Origin: Camelus ferus
Taxonomy: Eukaryota
Direction of reading: 5' to 3'
NCBI RefSeq assembly: GCF_009834535.1
Contig: NC_045707.1
Span: forward strand, 56,236,001-56,300,000
Length of the DNA: 64,000 nt
Shown: piece after piece, positions 39,296 through 52,689 of the stretch
Layout: each line of letters opens with the position of its first letter
Position numbering within the stretch: the first letter of the stretch is position 1
Translations under genes and position numbers: made by a program
Notes under the pieces: model-generated
Told to the model about the DNA's origin: nothing
Seen by the model: only the letters and a program-made list of their open reading frames with translations
Database searches by the model: none

Positions 39296-42200
39296 TATAG
39301 TAAGTCTTTAAAGTGAATACTGATATCCTCCAAAAATCTAAGTACTCCTGAAACAGTTGTCTATTATATAGTGTAGGTAGAAGTTTGCACTGATGTGAGA
39401 AGATATCATTCCTCCAAAGACGGAGGAATGGCTATTCTTACTAGTTATCTTAGGCGGTCTGCTTTCCTGTGTTCCACAGACAGGGGGTTTACTGAACCCA
39501 GGGGGATTCACAGATAGAATTCAGGGCATCCATAATCTTGGATCCTGGAGAAAACTTACTTCTTTCTCATCTTTGATTGAAATTCAGTGTTTCCTTTAGT
39601 TATAAATGCGGACAACAAACCTCAGTAGTACTGACAGTACCTGAAAAAATCTTGCCAATAGAAGGCACAGATCTTTTCCTGTCACATTACAGTTGTGGCT
39701 GATATCTTCAAATACTGCTTACACTGATTGTTACCTCAAAATTATAGTAGTTTTTAGAACTGCTACTTGACCTTGTTATTTAATGTGTAATAAAGAAACA
39801 CACATATTATCAAATTACAATCTTAAAAACTCTTTTGGTAACTACCTCAGTAGGATTGGTTTCCTTTGTCATATAATGTATTTTACTACATAGTAAAAAA
39901 ATTGTTTGAGAAGGGGCCCAAAGGCATTTCAGACTGGCAAAGGGGTCCCTGGCACAGACACGGTTTAGCTCTACCTTCTGTGTTCCGATTCCACAGACCT
40001 ACTGTGCAGGTTGTCCCTCTACCCTAGGAGGTCCATTCAAAATGTCTTTAATGCTTCAGTTTAGAATATTGCAAATATTACCAGCTTTGTGTTATTTCAT
40101 CTTCTGTCACATATAAAATAATCACAATATATAATATATAATGTATTATATTATTTTATCTTATTCATAAATGTGAGATTGAACAATGCTCCACATCAGA
40201 AGATTGAAGGGTGTTTCTCATGATTCCTGCCTTTGAGGAAGGAGGCCTGACACACGACACACACTGCTCATGTGCTCCCATGAGGACACACAGAAGTGAC
40301 CTAGATGATGTCCTTACCCCTCACTTGGGTGGTGCTGGAGGTGTGGGCAGAGTATCAGCCAATGCCTCCCACAGGAAATGACACGTACGAGGAAACCTAG
40401 AGAACGAGGAAGCGTTAAACAGAATGAGAAGAGACTTCAACACAGAAAAATGTGTGAGCGTGAAACCTGACTCTGCCTGCAGTCCCGGGGCAGAGGAACG
40501 GCCCAGAGAGGAAATGCACACTGCCGGCCTCTCAACACCCCCACCCCCATGTGTCCAGAAAGGCAATCTTTCTCGCAATGCAGAGGGCAAGCGGCCTCCC
40601 AGTCTGGATGAGAATACTCAGCTAGCATTTACCATTCTATGCTGGCAGGCGGAGTTTTTTCTCTCAGCCTCTCTTCCCCACCTTCCACCCCCAGAAGCTG
40701 CTAGGAGTGCAGAGCCCTTGGCTGACAGAGCCCTTCCGGAAGGGCCGGTCTCCATGTCCTGCGCCATCTTCAGTGCATCCTCCACCCAAGAGCTCTCCAG
40801 TGCGCCTCCATGGCTTTTACAAGCTCCTCCAGTCCCAGACTAGTGAGGGGCGCAGGGTCGTGTGCTTAGATGCCATGGTGCAAACGGTCGGGACACGTGG
40901 GGACAGACTCACAGTCCCAACTTCCCCGTCAGCCCAGTCTAGAGGGGTGGGGGGTCTCCTCCCACCTGGACTACATGAGTCATTTATTACATCCTAAACA
41001 GAGATTATTAGCAAGAGACATTCCTATTTAAACCGTCCTTGAGCATTTCCTCCAGCCAGGCAGCAGCAGGGGCTGCTCAGCTAATTAGGGACTGACTGAC
41101 TTCTCAGCACCGTTAGCAGCTGTGCCCAAGCCTTGCCCACCTGCATCTGCCACAGCACTGGGACCACTCCTTTGTGATGGGCTCTGTTTTCACTTTGTGT
41201 ATCAAGATCTCAATGGAGCAACTGCCAGCCGCATATCTAGCTAGGACAGGGGTGTACATGAAAAATCTTTACATTTTTGAGGGTTGCTGTTTAGTTCAGG
41301 GAATTGTTTCACCTTATTCAATTATCCTGATGGGAAACAGGCTGCCTGTCCTCGGGGGGGGGGGGGGGGGCTCCTGCTTCCAGCTGCTGAGGTGACATAA
41401 CACTTTCTGAGGAAGAGGATGGTGCCCTTTTTTGCACCATCCTCTGTAGGTTTTGTGTTTGGTTTTGTTTTTTGAGGACATTTTAAATAATGATCATCAG
41501 CTTCATGACTTCACTTACGGGGCATTATTCTTTTCTCTCAGAGGACAGCCTAGTTTTCTTTTTCTTTTTTTTCTCCCCTGGAGGATCAGTGTATTCATTT
41601 CCTCCCTTTCCTCTCCAACATGTTCTGAATGCTTTCACTGCTAGGCACAGGATAAACAGTAAAAATGATAGATCTCCTGCCCCTCTAGGTCGAATAAAGG
41701 AACACAAACATTTTAAAATTAAGTGCAATAAAGTGGTATTGATGCTGTCATAGTCATCTGGGCAGAGTATAGTTGGGATGTAATAAAAGGATGGTGATTT
41801 AAGTGTGGGGCAGGCTCGTAAATACTGAAGGACAACAGAACGAAGTGTTGACAGGAAGAGAAAGGGATGTTAGCCTTCCTGGAAGAGGGATCGGTGAGAG
41901 CAAAGTCCAGATGGAGACAACACTTGAGATGTTGTGGGAGTCACAGAAAGTCTGGATAATTTGAAACTTGGGTTAGATGGAGTGCAGAGAAAGATTAAAT
42001 GGATGAAGTAGGCAGAGAAAGCATCATAGAGGATTTGGACACCACGCTAAAGAGTTTTGATTTTCTTATAAGAAAACGGGAAAGCTATGGAAGAGCTATA
42101 AGCAGGGGTTAGAGACTGACGCCAAGGAAACCAAAAGGGCAGTTATGAGGCTCTGTACTTAGACAGTAGCAGTGGGACGGGAGAGGGGAGGCAGTGAAGA

Positions 42201-42958
42201 GAAGCTTTACACCTTGATAGGAAATGATTCTCTTCAGCACGGCATTCAAGGCTTCCATCTCTAGGACCCTGTCAACCTGTCTGGTCTTATTTCCATACTC
42301 ACCATTTACATTAATCTACTTTAAGCCCCTAAAGGAGTCATGCTGTCTCATGTTTCTGCAATAAGTGTTGCTAGTCCTTATTGAAAGGTTATTATACATA
42401 CAAGGATCACTATTACATGATCTATTCCTTCTCACAACTGCATGTGGTCAGTTATTGTTTTTCCCTCAGTTGACAGATGGAGAAACTGAAGCACAAATAA
42501 GTTAAGTAACCTAACTAAGGTCACACAGCTAGTGAGGGACACAAATGAGATTTGACCTCCATCAGCCTCTTTCTAGAATCCATTCTTTTAACCACTATTT
42601 ATAGCACTATCACACTGCCCCTTCTCTTAAAAGAAAGACCTCTCTTTCTTCACTTAGCTTACCTAATACTCCACCACCACTTAATTCAGCTTCTGCTTCC
42701 ATCAACATTTTGAAAAATCGCTCACCAAAAATATCAATAATAGACTCCAGTGGGAACTTTTTCATTTTCTTCTACTTGAGTTTTCAAATGCTTTCAACCA
42801 CTGGACTACTCAATAAGCCCTGAAATATCCTCTTCCTTGATTCATATGATGATCTGCTGTTAGTCTTTCTACTTTATCTCTGGATGTGCTTTCTCAGCCC
42901 CTTCTGTTAATCATCCTTCTCTACAGAAACTTCATATTGGAGTTTCAAAGATTCAGTC

Positions 42959-44469
42959 GTAACCCACACACCCAGTCAATTAATCTTCAACAAAGGAGGC
43001 GAGAATACACAATGGATAAAAGTCAGTCTCTTTGGCAAGTGGTGTTGGGAAAGCTGGACAGCCGCATGTAAATCAGTGAAGTTAGAACACTCCCTCACAC
43101 CAAACACAAAAATAAACTCAAAATGGCTAAAAGACTTAAACATAAAACAGGATACCATAAATCTCCTAGGAAAAAACATGGGCAAAACATTCCCTGACAT
43201 AAATCACAGCAATGTTCTTCTAGGTCAGTCTACCAAGGCAATAGAAATAAAAGCAAAAATAAATAAATGAGACCTAGTTAAACTTATAAGCTTTGAACAG
43301 CAAAGGATACCATAAACAAAACAAAAAGACAACCTACAGAATGGGGGAAAACATTTGCAAATGATGTGACTGACAAGGGCTTAATTTCCAAAATATACAA
43401 ACAGCTCATACAACTCAATAACAACAAAAACAAACAACCCAATTCAAAAATGAGCAGACCTAAAAAGACATTTCTCCAATAAAAACATACAGATGGCCAA
43501 TAGGTACATGAAAAAATGCTCAATATTGCTAATTACCAGAGAAATGCAAACCAAAAATACAATGAGGTATTACCTTACACTGGTCAGAATGGCCACAAAC
43601 GATAAATGCTGGAGAGAGTGTGGAGAAAAGAGAATCCTTTTACATCGTTTGTGGGAATGTAATTTGATATAGCCGCTACGTAAAACAGTATGGAGATTCC
43701 TTTAAAAAGTGAAAACAGACTTATATAATCCAGTAATCTCACTTCTGGGCATTCATTTGGAGAAAATGCTACTTTGAAAAGATACATGCACCCCAACGTT
43801 TATAGCAGCACTATTTACAATAGCCAGGACATAAAAGCAACCTGAATGTTCATCAACAGATGATTGGGTAAAGAAGATGTGGTGGATATAGATATAGATA
43901 TAGATATAGATATAGATATAGATATAGATATAGATATAGATAATGGAATACTACTCAGTCATAAAAAAGAATGAAATAATGCCATTTGCAGCACTATGAA
44001 TGGATCTAGATTATCATACTAAGTAAAATCAGAGGAAGACAACTACCATACAATATCACTTATATGTGGAATCTAAAAAAATAAAATGGCGTAAATGAAC
44101 TTATTTACAAAATAGAAAGAGACTCAATATAGAAAACAAATTTACGGTTACCAGGGGGAAAAGGTGGGGAGGGGAGGGATAAATTCGGAGTCTGGGATTT
44201 GCAGATACTAACTACTATATTAAAAAAAAAAAAAACAGATAAACAACAAGGTCCTACTATTTAACATGGGGAACTACAGTCAGTATCTTGTAGTAACTTA
44301 TAATGATAAAGAATATGAAAAAGAATTTATTATCTGTATAAATGAATCAATATTTTGTACACCAGAAGCTACCACAACTATACTTCAATTAAAAAAAAAT
44401 TAGAATTTGAAGAACTTCGGACAAAAAAAAGAAAAAAACCGAACATAAAGAAGAAACAAAAACAGCAGA
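42959..44469 (+). mobile_element. 5'-truncated L1 (ORF2 3' part and 3' UTR) with 12-bp TSD, inserted in an L2-like remnant
   Basis: ORF2 remnants (KLEHSLTPNTKINSKWLKDLN). TSD AAAGATTCAGTC at 42947-42958 and 44470-44481. Confidence 0.9.
43885..43942. repeat. (GATATA)9+ hexanucleotide microsatellite inside L1
   Basis: Perfect tandem array. Confidence 0.95.
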
Positions 44470-44769
44470 AAAGATTCAGTCCTAGTTTTCCCATTCTTTT
44501 CTCTCTATGCTTTTGCACTGAGTGATCTCATCTATGTTCCAGCTTCAATTTCCATCTATATGTTGATAACATCTCAATTTGTATCCAGGCTTCCCCTTTG
44601 TTCTACAGACCCTTATAGACCAGTGCTTCTTTAACACTGCTTGAATTGCTCAACAGCACCTCCACTCAACATATCCAAGTGGAATTTTCAGTGCTCTCCC
44701 CAATATTGCTCTTCTGTGTACTTCAGCAAACACCTTTCACCTAGTCAAACAATCTAGAAACTTTTAGAG

Positions 44770-45185
44770 TACATCAACCAAAGAGCACTAAGAACAAAAC
44801 TGTAGTCTGAATTAGATTTATTTTGCTTACAGTGGCCAGGAGCAATACACTCCAGAGGAATTATGGATCATCTCAGTAAGAGAGTTTTTAGGAGCTTCTT
44901 ACAGGCTTTGGATTGTAGTGAATGGTTGTAGGGAGGATTTAAAAATGTGAGGTCCAGTTTTGATTGGGAGGTTGTCGGTTGTCAAAAAAGCTAGGGAAAT
45001 TGAATAACTGGTCTTACTTTTTTTTAAATTTTAATAGAAGGAAGGAGGATTAAAGTGGGCTGAAAGTAGTCACTGCTACAAAATAGCAATTACATGTTAG
45101 CCAGAAGAGAGCACGTTGAGAATAGCTTTGTCTGTCTTGTTCCAGACATGTCACTGAGTGGCCTTCTCTGAATATTGTCTGTAAC
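44770..45185 (-). mobile_element. ERV1 LTR remnant (MER31/MER67-like)
   Basis: ..gatttattttgcttacagtggccaggagcaatacactccagagg..catctcagtaagaga resembles an antisense MER4-group LTR. Confidence 0.45.
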
Positions 45186-45609
45186 TTATTTACTTTGAGT
45201 TTTAGCACCTCCCAGTTTTAGTTAAATTATTTTGGGAAAAGTGACTTGAACTCTCAGCTTTAATTTTTCAATATAAAACATAAAGCAAGTATCTATTATT
45301 ATTTTAGGCAGAATATTCAAAATCACTTTACTTATGACTTTAGTTGTACACATATTTTCCTTCATTTTAACAAGGAAACTTTTTTTAGGTTTCTGTCTAA
45401 GGAAAAACCAAATATTATTCTAGCCATATGCAAAAACAGATCCATGTGATTGATAGATAATGAGATCTACATTTTAGAGGCAGGACAACCAAGGAATCAT
45501 CAATTGCTTGAGGTCTGCAGAGTTTTGAATCTACAAATATCTTGATTTTCTCGAGAGGAAATTAAAAAAAAGACACAGAAGACCCTCAAATAATCAAGAA
45601 GACAGTATC

Positions 45610-45885
45610 TGTAGTGGTTAAGCAGTCAGAAGCCAGAATGCCTGGATATGAACTTTGACTTTACCACTTCATAGTTCTTCCCTGCCTTCTCCTACTTGGA
45701 GCAAGTCTCCTACTTGACCTCTCTGTATTTCAATTTTCCCTTCAGTAAAGCAGCAGAAATAATATAGCCCCTTCCTCTTAGGACTGTTGTAAGGATTAAA
45801 TAAGTTAATAAATATAAAGTGCTTAGAATAGCACCTCCAGCACAAAGTAGGCACTCAATAAATATTTAGTTGGTATTATTATTAT
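45610..45885 (+). mobile_element. MIR
   Basis: gtagtggttaagc..gttgtaaggattaaataagttaataaatataaagtgcttagaatag..gcactcaataaatatt. Confidence 0.8.
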
Positions 45886-48800
45886 AATCCATCATGTCAT
45901 TTGGAGTTTAAAAAACGTTTTAAAATTTGAGGAGTTGCCAAGGACCCTGTGTATAAATGGTATGTATGTGTATAAGAAAAAGAGAAAGCTGGAGTCACCT
46001 CCAAAATTTTTTAAACAGATCTAGCCATTCAAGAAGACTTCTTCAGAGAGAGCTCTCAGATACCAGCACACTGGAGAGTAGTGAATCTAGAATTATGTTA
46101 ACGTACTGGAAGCTTCAATGGAGACTGGAATGGTGAAAGAGCAATCTGGAGAGTAGACTTTCAAAACTGTCAAAGAAACTGATGATGTATCCCTGCTCGC
46201 CAGGAAGGGGCTTATGCAACACCGCTGGACTGCATATAAGAGGAACTTCTAGGGGGATTTCATGAAATCTATAACTGAAGTGGCTCCTTCTTCTCTTCCT
46301 GTCAAGCTGGCCATTTTGACATCTATTAACTAATACATGTAAGTGGGGTAAATTTGTTTTGATTATGACATCTGTTTAAATTGGCTTTCTCTGTTCATAA
46401 TTTCAGTTAAACTATATGCTTTTAGCATTTACTAGATTGGAGGTGGTTTCTTTGGGGCAGAGAAAAACAGTTTGCAACAAAGATTAAATTGTAGTTTTGT
46501 TTTTCTTTTTTTTTTAATAATCATTTGGGGCACACAGAAGAGTTCTTTGTATTTATTCTTATATTTGGTGACTGGTCATTTGTGCATTTTTGGAGGGTGT
46601 ATTTAAATTTAATTTACTGGCACATTTATGTAGAAGACTTCAGTTATCTGAACTGATCGCTCTCTAGTCATGAGCAGACTGCTTGCCTAAGTTTCGTTGT
46701 ATTTTATATACACATATCTCCGCAGGAGACCATTCAAGGTTTGCAGTTCACTGTCATGAAGCTGTCTATGGATCCTTTGTTTAACCACCAATGATTCCAC
46801 AAGCTGGAAGCTTTTATGAGAAAAAATTAGATCCAAATATCCTATATATTTGTTTAAAAATGGCAAATTTGGCCCTGGCTTGAAAAAAAGCAGAGTTCCT
46901 AAATAGTTAATGTATACAATGTATTTAATAGACATCATTAACCCTTAAATAGCAATCCTACTTCTGGGAATATACCCACAGAGAGTAAATAATTGAAGAA
47001 AAGAATAATGCCATATGCTCAAAGGTGTTTGTAGCAGTCTTAGGTACAATACCAGGAAGTCAGAAACAACCTGAAGGTCTAACAATAAAATAATGGATAA
47101 ACAGAGTGTATCTCATTAGGATGGACTCTTAAGTCATTAAAAATGATCACTGCAATGGAGAATCAAGGGAAAATGTTAATTACATGTTAAGTAAAAACAG
47201 CAGAATATAAGATGGTATATTGATTGTTAAGGCAAATATAAACAATGCACGCATTTGGATCAACTGAAAGTAACTACTTGGTTGTGGGAATATGAGTAAT
47301 TTTAATATATTTCTTCATTTTTTTTTAAACAAGAAGAGAGAAAATAAAGAGTATTAAATGGTATGACTACATTATTTGGGAGCCAAATGCCTTATTCATT
47401 TTTCAAAGATTTGTAAAAATGACAGCTTTTATGTTAAGGCAATTTGAGCTTTAGCCCAGGAACCTGATTCATTTGCCTTAATAGATTCACTGTATCTTGA
47501 TTCTCTTAATAAATTCTGTGCAAATTCCAATGCCAATAGGTTTGCTATCTTTATTAATATGAAAAGATCCCATGGGTGAAAGATAACATAATCAGAGACT
47601 TAAAAAAGCACAACATATGATGTGGAGAGTCCACCAAAAGATATGAAGGCCTTTTGAAGAGCTGCTCCTAATTTCTGTATATATTTTTCAAAAGTTAAGA
47701 GTTTTCTGGTAGATATATAGATAATATAGAATCTTTTCACACTGTGAAATTTAACTTTCAAATTAAATCTTTTACATTATAATCAAAAAACATGGTCATA
47801 GTCAGTTGTGAGAAATGGCTGCAAAAATCACCATAATTCAACCCCCCAAATTTATTAACAAGTCCCCTTGGAGTAATGCCTGTTAAAGAATGTCAGCTGA
47901 AGGCAGGAGGGATTTGTGAAATTCTTGTCTCCTTTGTATTTATTCTTTGGCAGTGACCGAAGAGGAAGAGAGGGAGCAGGAGCCAAGACGTGGTCCATTT
48001 AGGGCAAGGTTGTGAGTTCCCTTGAGATCTGTATGCTCCCCAGCCTTGGAATACAGCAGACACTATGGGGCCTGGCAGGGTCTTCTGTGTTCTTGGGCAT
48101 AAAACTACCTCAGAGGAGCCTTAAAGGGGCTGTCTTCTTCAACGGTAAGCACTCGGAGATCTCCTTAAAATACCCATTCTGACTGAGTAGGTTTGGGGTA
48201 GGGATTGAGATTCTGCCTTTTTAACAGGTTCCCAGGTGATGCTGATGCTGTTGGTCCGTGGAGAGCATTTCTGAGTAATAAGACTCTAAGCTCAGCTAAC
48301 TGGAGGAAAAAAAGTGATTCAGGGAATTTCCTGTTTTAATCTTTGCTTCCCATATTATTTCTATGACTGGAAACTCATCTTTGGACAAGGAAGTATGCCA
48401 CCGGTGTGGACTTAAATGTAAAAAGAAGTGTTAGTATATACTGGAATACTTTCTTATAATTTTTATTTATCACTCTGGTGTCCAGAAAGATCTGTATTGG
48501 TAACTAAGAAATACATTCTGTAAATCATACGTTGAAGTTTTAAGCATTGCTAAATGCCCACCAGCTTTTTTGGAATGTTACTGCCCTAATATTATGCTGT
48601 GTGGTCATCTGTTTGGGTAGCTGTTTTTGAAATTTTGCCTCGGAATTTTCAAATTTTATTTACAGACCTCTTCATAAAACCTCCTCTCTGATTTTTTTGT
48701 TGGCCCTTGTATATATGATATGTAAAATGTCAAAGTATTTGGTATTTAATAATTAGCAATTATCCTTGGGTTTATTTTTAGCAAGTATCTTAAGATTTAT

Positions 48801-49486
48801 TTTAAAATTAAAATTAAAGTTAATATCATGGGCAGGAAGCTTCTTGATTTTCACTGATCTTCCTAAGTAAGTTACAATTAACCACTATTTATGGTGTTCA
48901 ATTCCTTGAAAAGTGACCTTGGGCTGCAACTTTTTACTTTAAATTGCCAACTTCTGATTTTAACTTAGCATATACCTATAAGACAATAAAAGCTAAGTAT
49001 GAATCTATTACCCAAAGTAGTAAACACAAGATACATTATTTGGAATGTCAATAGGATTCTTAATATTGAATTTTTTTCTCAAACCTATGAACAGTGAGCT
49101 GAAAGATCTCTTAGATTTGTTTCCAATGAGAACACATTGCTATGGAAAATAAATTTACATGGTTGTTTAGTTTTGAATACAGTACTTTACACTTTAAATC
49201 GTTGGCTCACCAAATTTGGGTACCACAGAGCTAGACAAAAGGGAAAAACAAAAAGGAAGTCTGTAAGTAGATACTGAGCATTGAAATCATTATGCTTTCA
49301 AGATAACAATTAAATCCTTACAGTGAATGAAGAATGGGTGAACTATTCTAAAGAATTACTGCTTGCTCCTTGGGTTTACACTACTGTTCTGATACTAAGG
49401 ATTTATATTCCTAATGTATATTATTGAATTAGTTTGTTGTTCTGAGGATTGAGGTTTATTGTGAAAACACCCAGTTCATAGATGTT

Positions 49487-50060
49487 TAATTCAAAATGAT
49501 ACATGCACCCCAATGTTCATAAAGCACTATTTAGAATAGCCTAGACATGGAAACAACATAAATGTCCATCAACAGATGACTGGATAAAGAAATTGTGGTA
49601 TATTTACACAATGGAATATTAGTCAGCCATAAAAAATAATAAAATAATGCCATTTGCAGCAACATGGATGGACCTGGAGAATGTAATTCTAAGTGAAGTA
49701 AGCCAAGAAAGAGAAGGAAAAATACCATATGATACCACTTACATGTAGAATCTAAAAAAAAAAAATTTACAAAACAGACTCACAGACATAGAAAATAAAC
49801 TTATGTTAAACAGGGGGAAGGGGGAGAAAAGGGATAAATTGGAAGGTCGAGATTTGCAGATACTAACTACTATATATATAAAATAGATAAATAAGTTTAT
49901 ACTGTATAGCACAGGGAACTATATTCAGTATCTTGTAGTAACTTATGGTTAAAAAGAATATGAAAATGAATATATGTATGTTCCTATATGACTGAAGTAT
50001 TGTGCTATACACCAGAAATTGACACAACATTGTAAACTGACTATACTTTAATAAAAATAG
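49487..50060 (+). mobile_element. 5'-truncated L1 3' end
   Basis: gatacatgcaccccaatgttca..atgccatttgcagcaacatggatggacct..ctgactatactttaataaaaa; same subfamily as the 42959-44469 copy. Confidence 0.9.
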
Positions 50061-52689
50061 TTTTTAAAAAGTTTCATTGGACTTTATATGTCTCACTTGA
50101 TCAGAAGTACGTATACCCTGCTCTTCAAAAAGTTAGAGAGATTTAGTCTTCTGCTTAGTCTAACTTTCCAAGATAGCATTTCTATTCTGGCCCCAACAAA
50201 CAGCTATCCTATACTTCTTATGCATTTGTATCTTAGAGAAAGGTTAGAATCTAAAAATCAGGACATAAATTAAATGTGTATTTGATGTGACTCCAGTAGG
50301 CTACTATGACCTTCAGAAGCTCTATAACATAGCTTTACTTATTTAACTAAACAAAATTCCAAGGGATATAAAGTTTTAATTTTCATAATAACAGAACACT
50401 AAGGAGATCTTGGTTGAATTTAGTATTGTTTCATTAATCTTAAAGGTAGGAGGTATGCTATTAATAGCAGTAATTTTAATGAAATCCTTTCTTCTCTAAG
50501 CATCTGCAACCAATTTATGAGAATGAAAACACATTACCAATAACCTCATTAACAAAAGTGGGTATTAAAACTGTGCTAGAGATCTGAAATATGAAGTATA
50601 TTTTAAAAGAATTTCAAATCTGTTTATTTTCAAGATAAAGAACAGTACTTGCTATTCTTAAGAGAAAAGTAATCCAAGAAAATCATTTATCTTGCAAGAG
50701 CTTTCAGTTCTTATACTGTAAATGCTGACCCTCAAAACTACTAAATATCATTTCTCAATACAGTATAACCTGTTGTTAAGAGGTAGCTTCCTGAATATAG
50801 TATAAGCTGGTAATGTAAATGTGGACACTTGAAAGGCATTGTCTGCACACACAGAATGATGGTCAATATACTGAAAACTAAAAGTGAATCCTCCTTTGCC
50901 TTCAGTTTTATTTTTACTTCTGTCCTTTTGAGTTAAGGAGAAATAGAGCACTAACATTATTTTTTCTGTATGATTTAAAATCTGTCCCTTATGCCTTTAT
51001 TCACAGAGGTTTACCTGCACAGTTATACTGTCTACTAAAATTGGAAATAGTCTGAAGTCACCAGAGCACCAGAGATGTCTACTGTTATAATCAAATGGAT
51101 CTGGAATTGTTTTATCTTTCCCAAGAAACACATTATTTGAGTATACTTTACTTGATGGAAAACCACCAAGAGTTCTTTTTCTTAGAAGTGTCGGAACAGT
51201 ATTAGAAGACTGGATTCTTTCCTGAGAGGGCAGCTAACTCAGAATACATGTGCATTTAGTTCAACATCATTAGCTGATGCACACCAAATCCTATGTTGAC
51301 CAAGTGGAAAGCAACATGTTGAATTTCAGGTTGGAATTTGCATACATTCTCTGTTTTTCTAAAATTAGGCTTTTCCTCCCATGAGATTTAAATACATTCC
51401 CCTTTGTTCTGTGCTGAAATGTGTTAACTCTCTTATTCTACATTGTGCATTGGAAAATTCTAATAAAGGTAGTACACTTTTTTAAAAAAAGGTCTTCCAT
51501 TGATAGAATATCTGCAAACTTAATGAGGCAATCCACTGAGGTAAACACATCAGTTAATAAATTTCCACACGTGTAGCCGTAACATCATTGGCCAAGTACA
51601 AATCATTTGGGGAGGTTTGGAGCCTTTGAGTTTCTTTGGTCACAGGTGAACCAGAGCACATACTTCACATAGCAGATTATTTCTTAAACAGTCCTCCTCC
51701 ATGAAAACAAGCCGTTCTACTGACCACATTTAAAAACAACCTAAAGGAAACTGTAATTAAGAGGAAGAATGGGACAGAAGTGAACAGTCTAGGACACAGT
51801 TCATGGTAAAGGATTGTGTGTCTATGTAGACACTTTCTTCTCCTAAATGTCATTATCTAAATCTTACCTCTACCATACTCCTCTCGTATGTGTTTCAATG
51901 ATTAGAGTATGAACTCCTGAAGATTAGGAACTATCAAAAGTTTCTAAATCCTTCTCTCCAACCTTTAGTGTCTAGCACCGTCATAGTCACCTAGTTGTGT
52001 ACTAACAAGATACTGGGGTGGCTGAATTATATTTAGCACCCACAACATACTTTTATTGAGATATAGGGAATTAATAAAGGATTAATTGCAGATTCAATTT
52101 AATAGTTATATAATTATTCATGTTTTATTTTTCTTCTTGAGGCAGCTTTGGCATATTGTGTTTCTTGGAGAAAATTCTCCATTGTATACAAATGTTTAAA
52201 TTTCAAAAAATATTATAAAGTTGTACATAATATTCATATTACCTTTAGAATTTTGGCAGGCTCCACAGTGATGCTGTCTTTTATATTCCTGATATTGGTT
52301 ATTTGAATACTCTTATTTTTTTTTAAATGATTACTCTTGCCAGAGTTACGTCAATTTTATTAGTTATCTAAGAACCAACTTAAGAGGTGTTAATTATTCC
52401 TCTGCATATTTTTCTTCCACTAACCAGTTATCTTTTAATCTTCGGTCTTTTTCTTTTCTAATATGTGTTTAAAGCTATTGTTTCCTTATATCATGGTTTT
52501 AGCTCATCTCAAAAGTTTTGATGTGTAATTTGCAATGAAAATTACAATGTGTAACAAAAATTTTATAATTTTTTCATTATAATTCAATTCAATTATTTTC
52601 ATTATTATTCAAAATATTTTCTGATTTCCACTGTGATTTCTTCTTTGACTCAAAAGTTATTTAGATGCATAATTCTTATATTTAAAGCC

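Noticed and set aside
40321..40997. 139-aa and 96-aa ORFs as a novel gene or processed pseudogene
   Set aside because: No recognisable homology, poly(A) tail or TSD.
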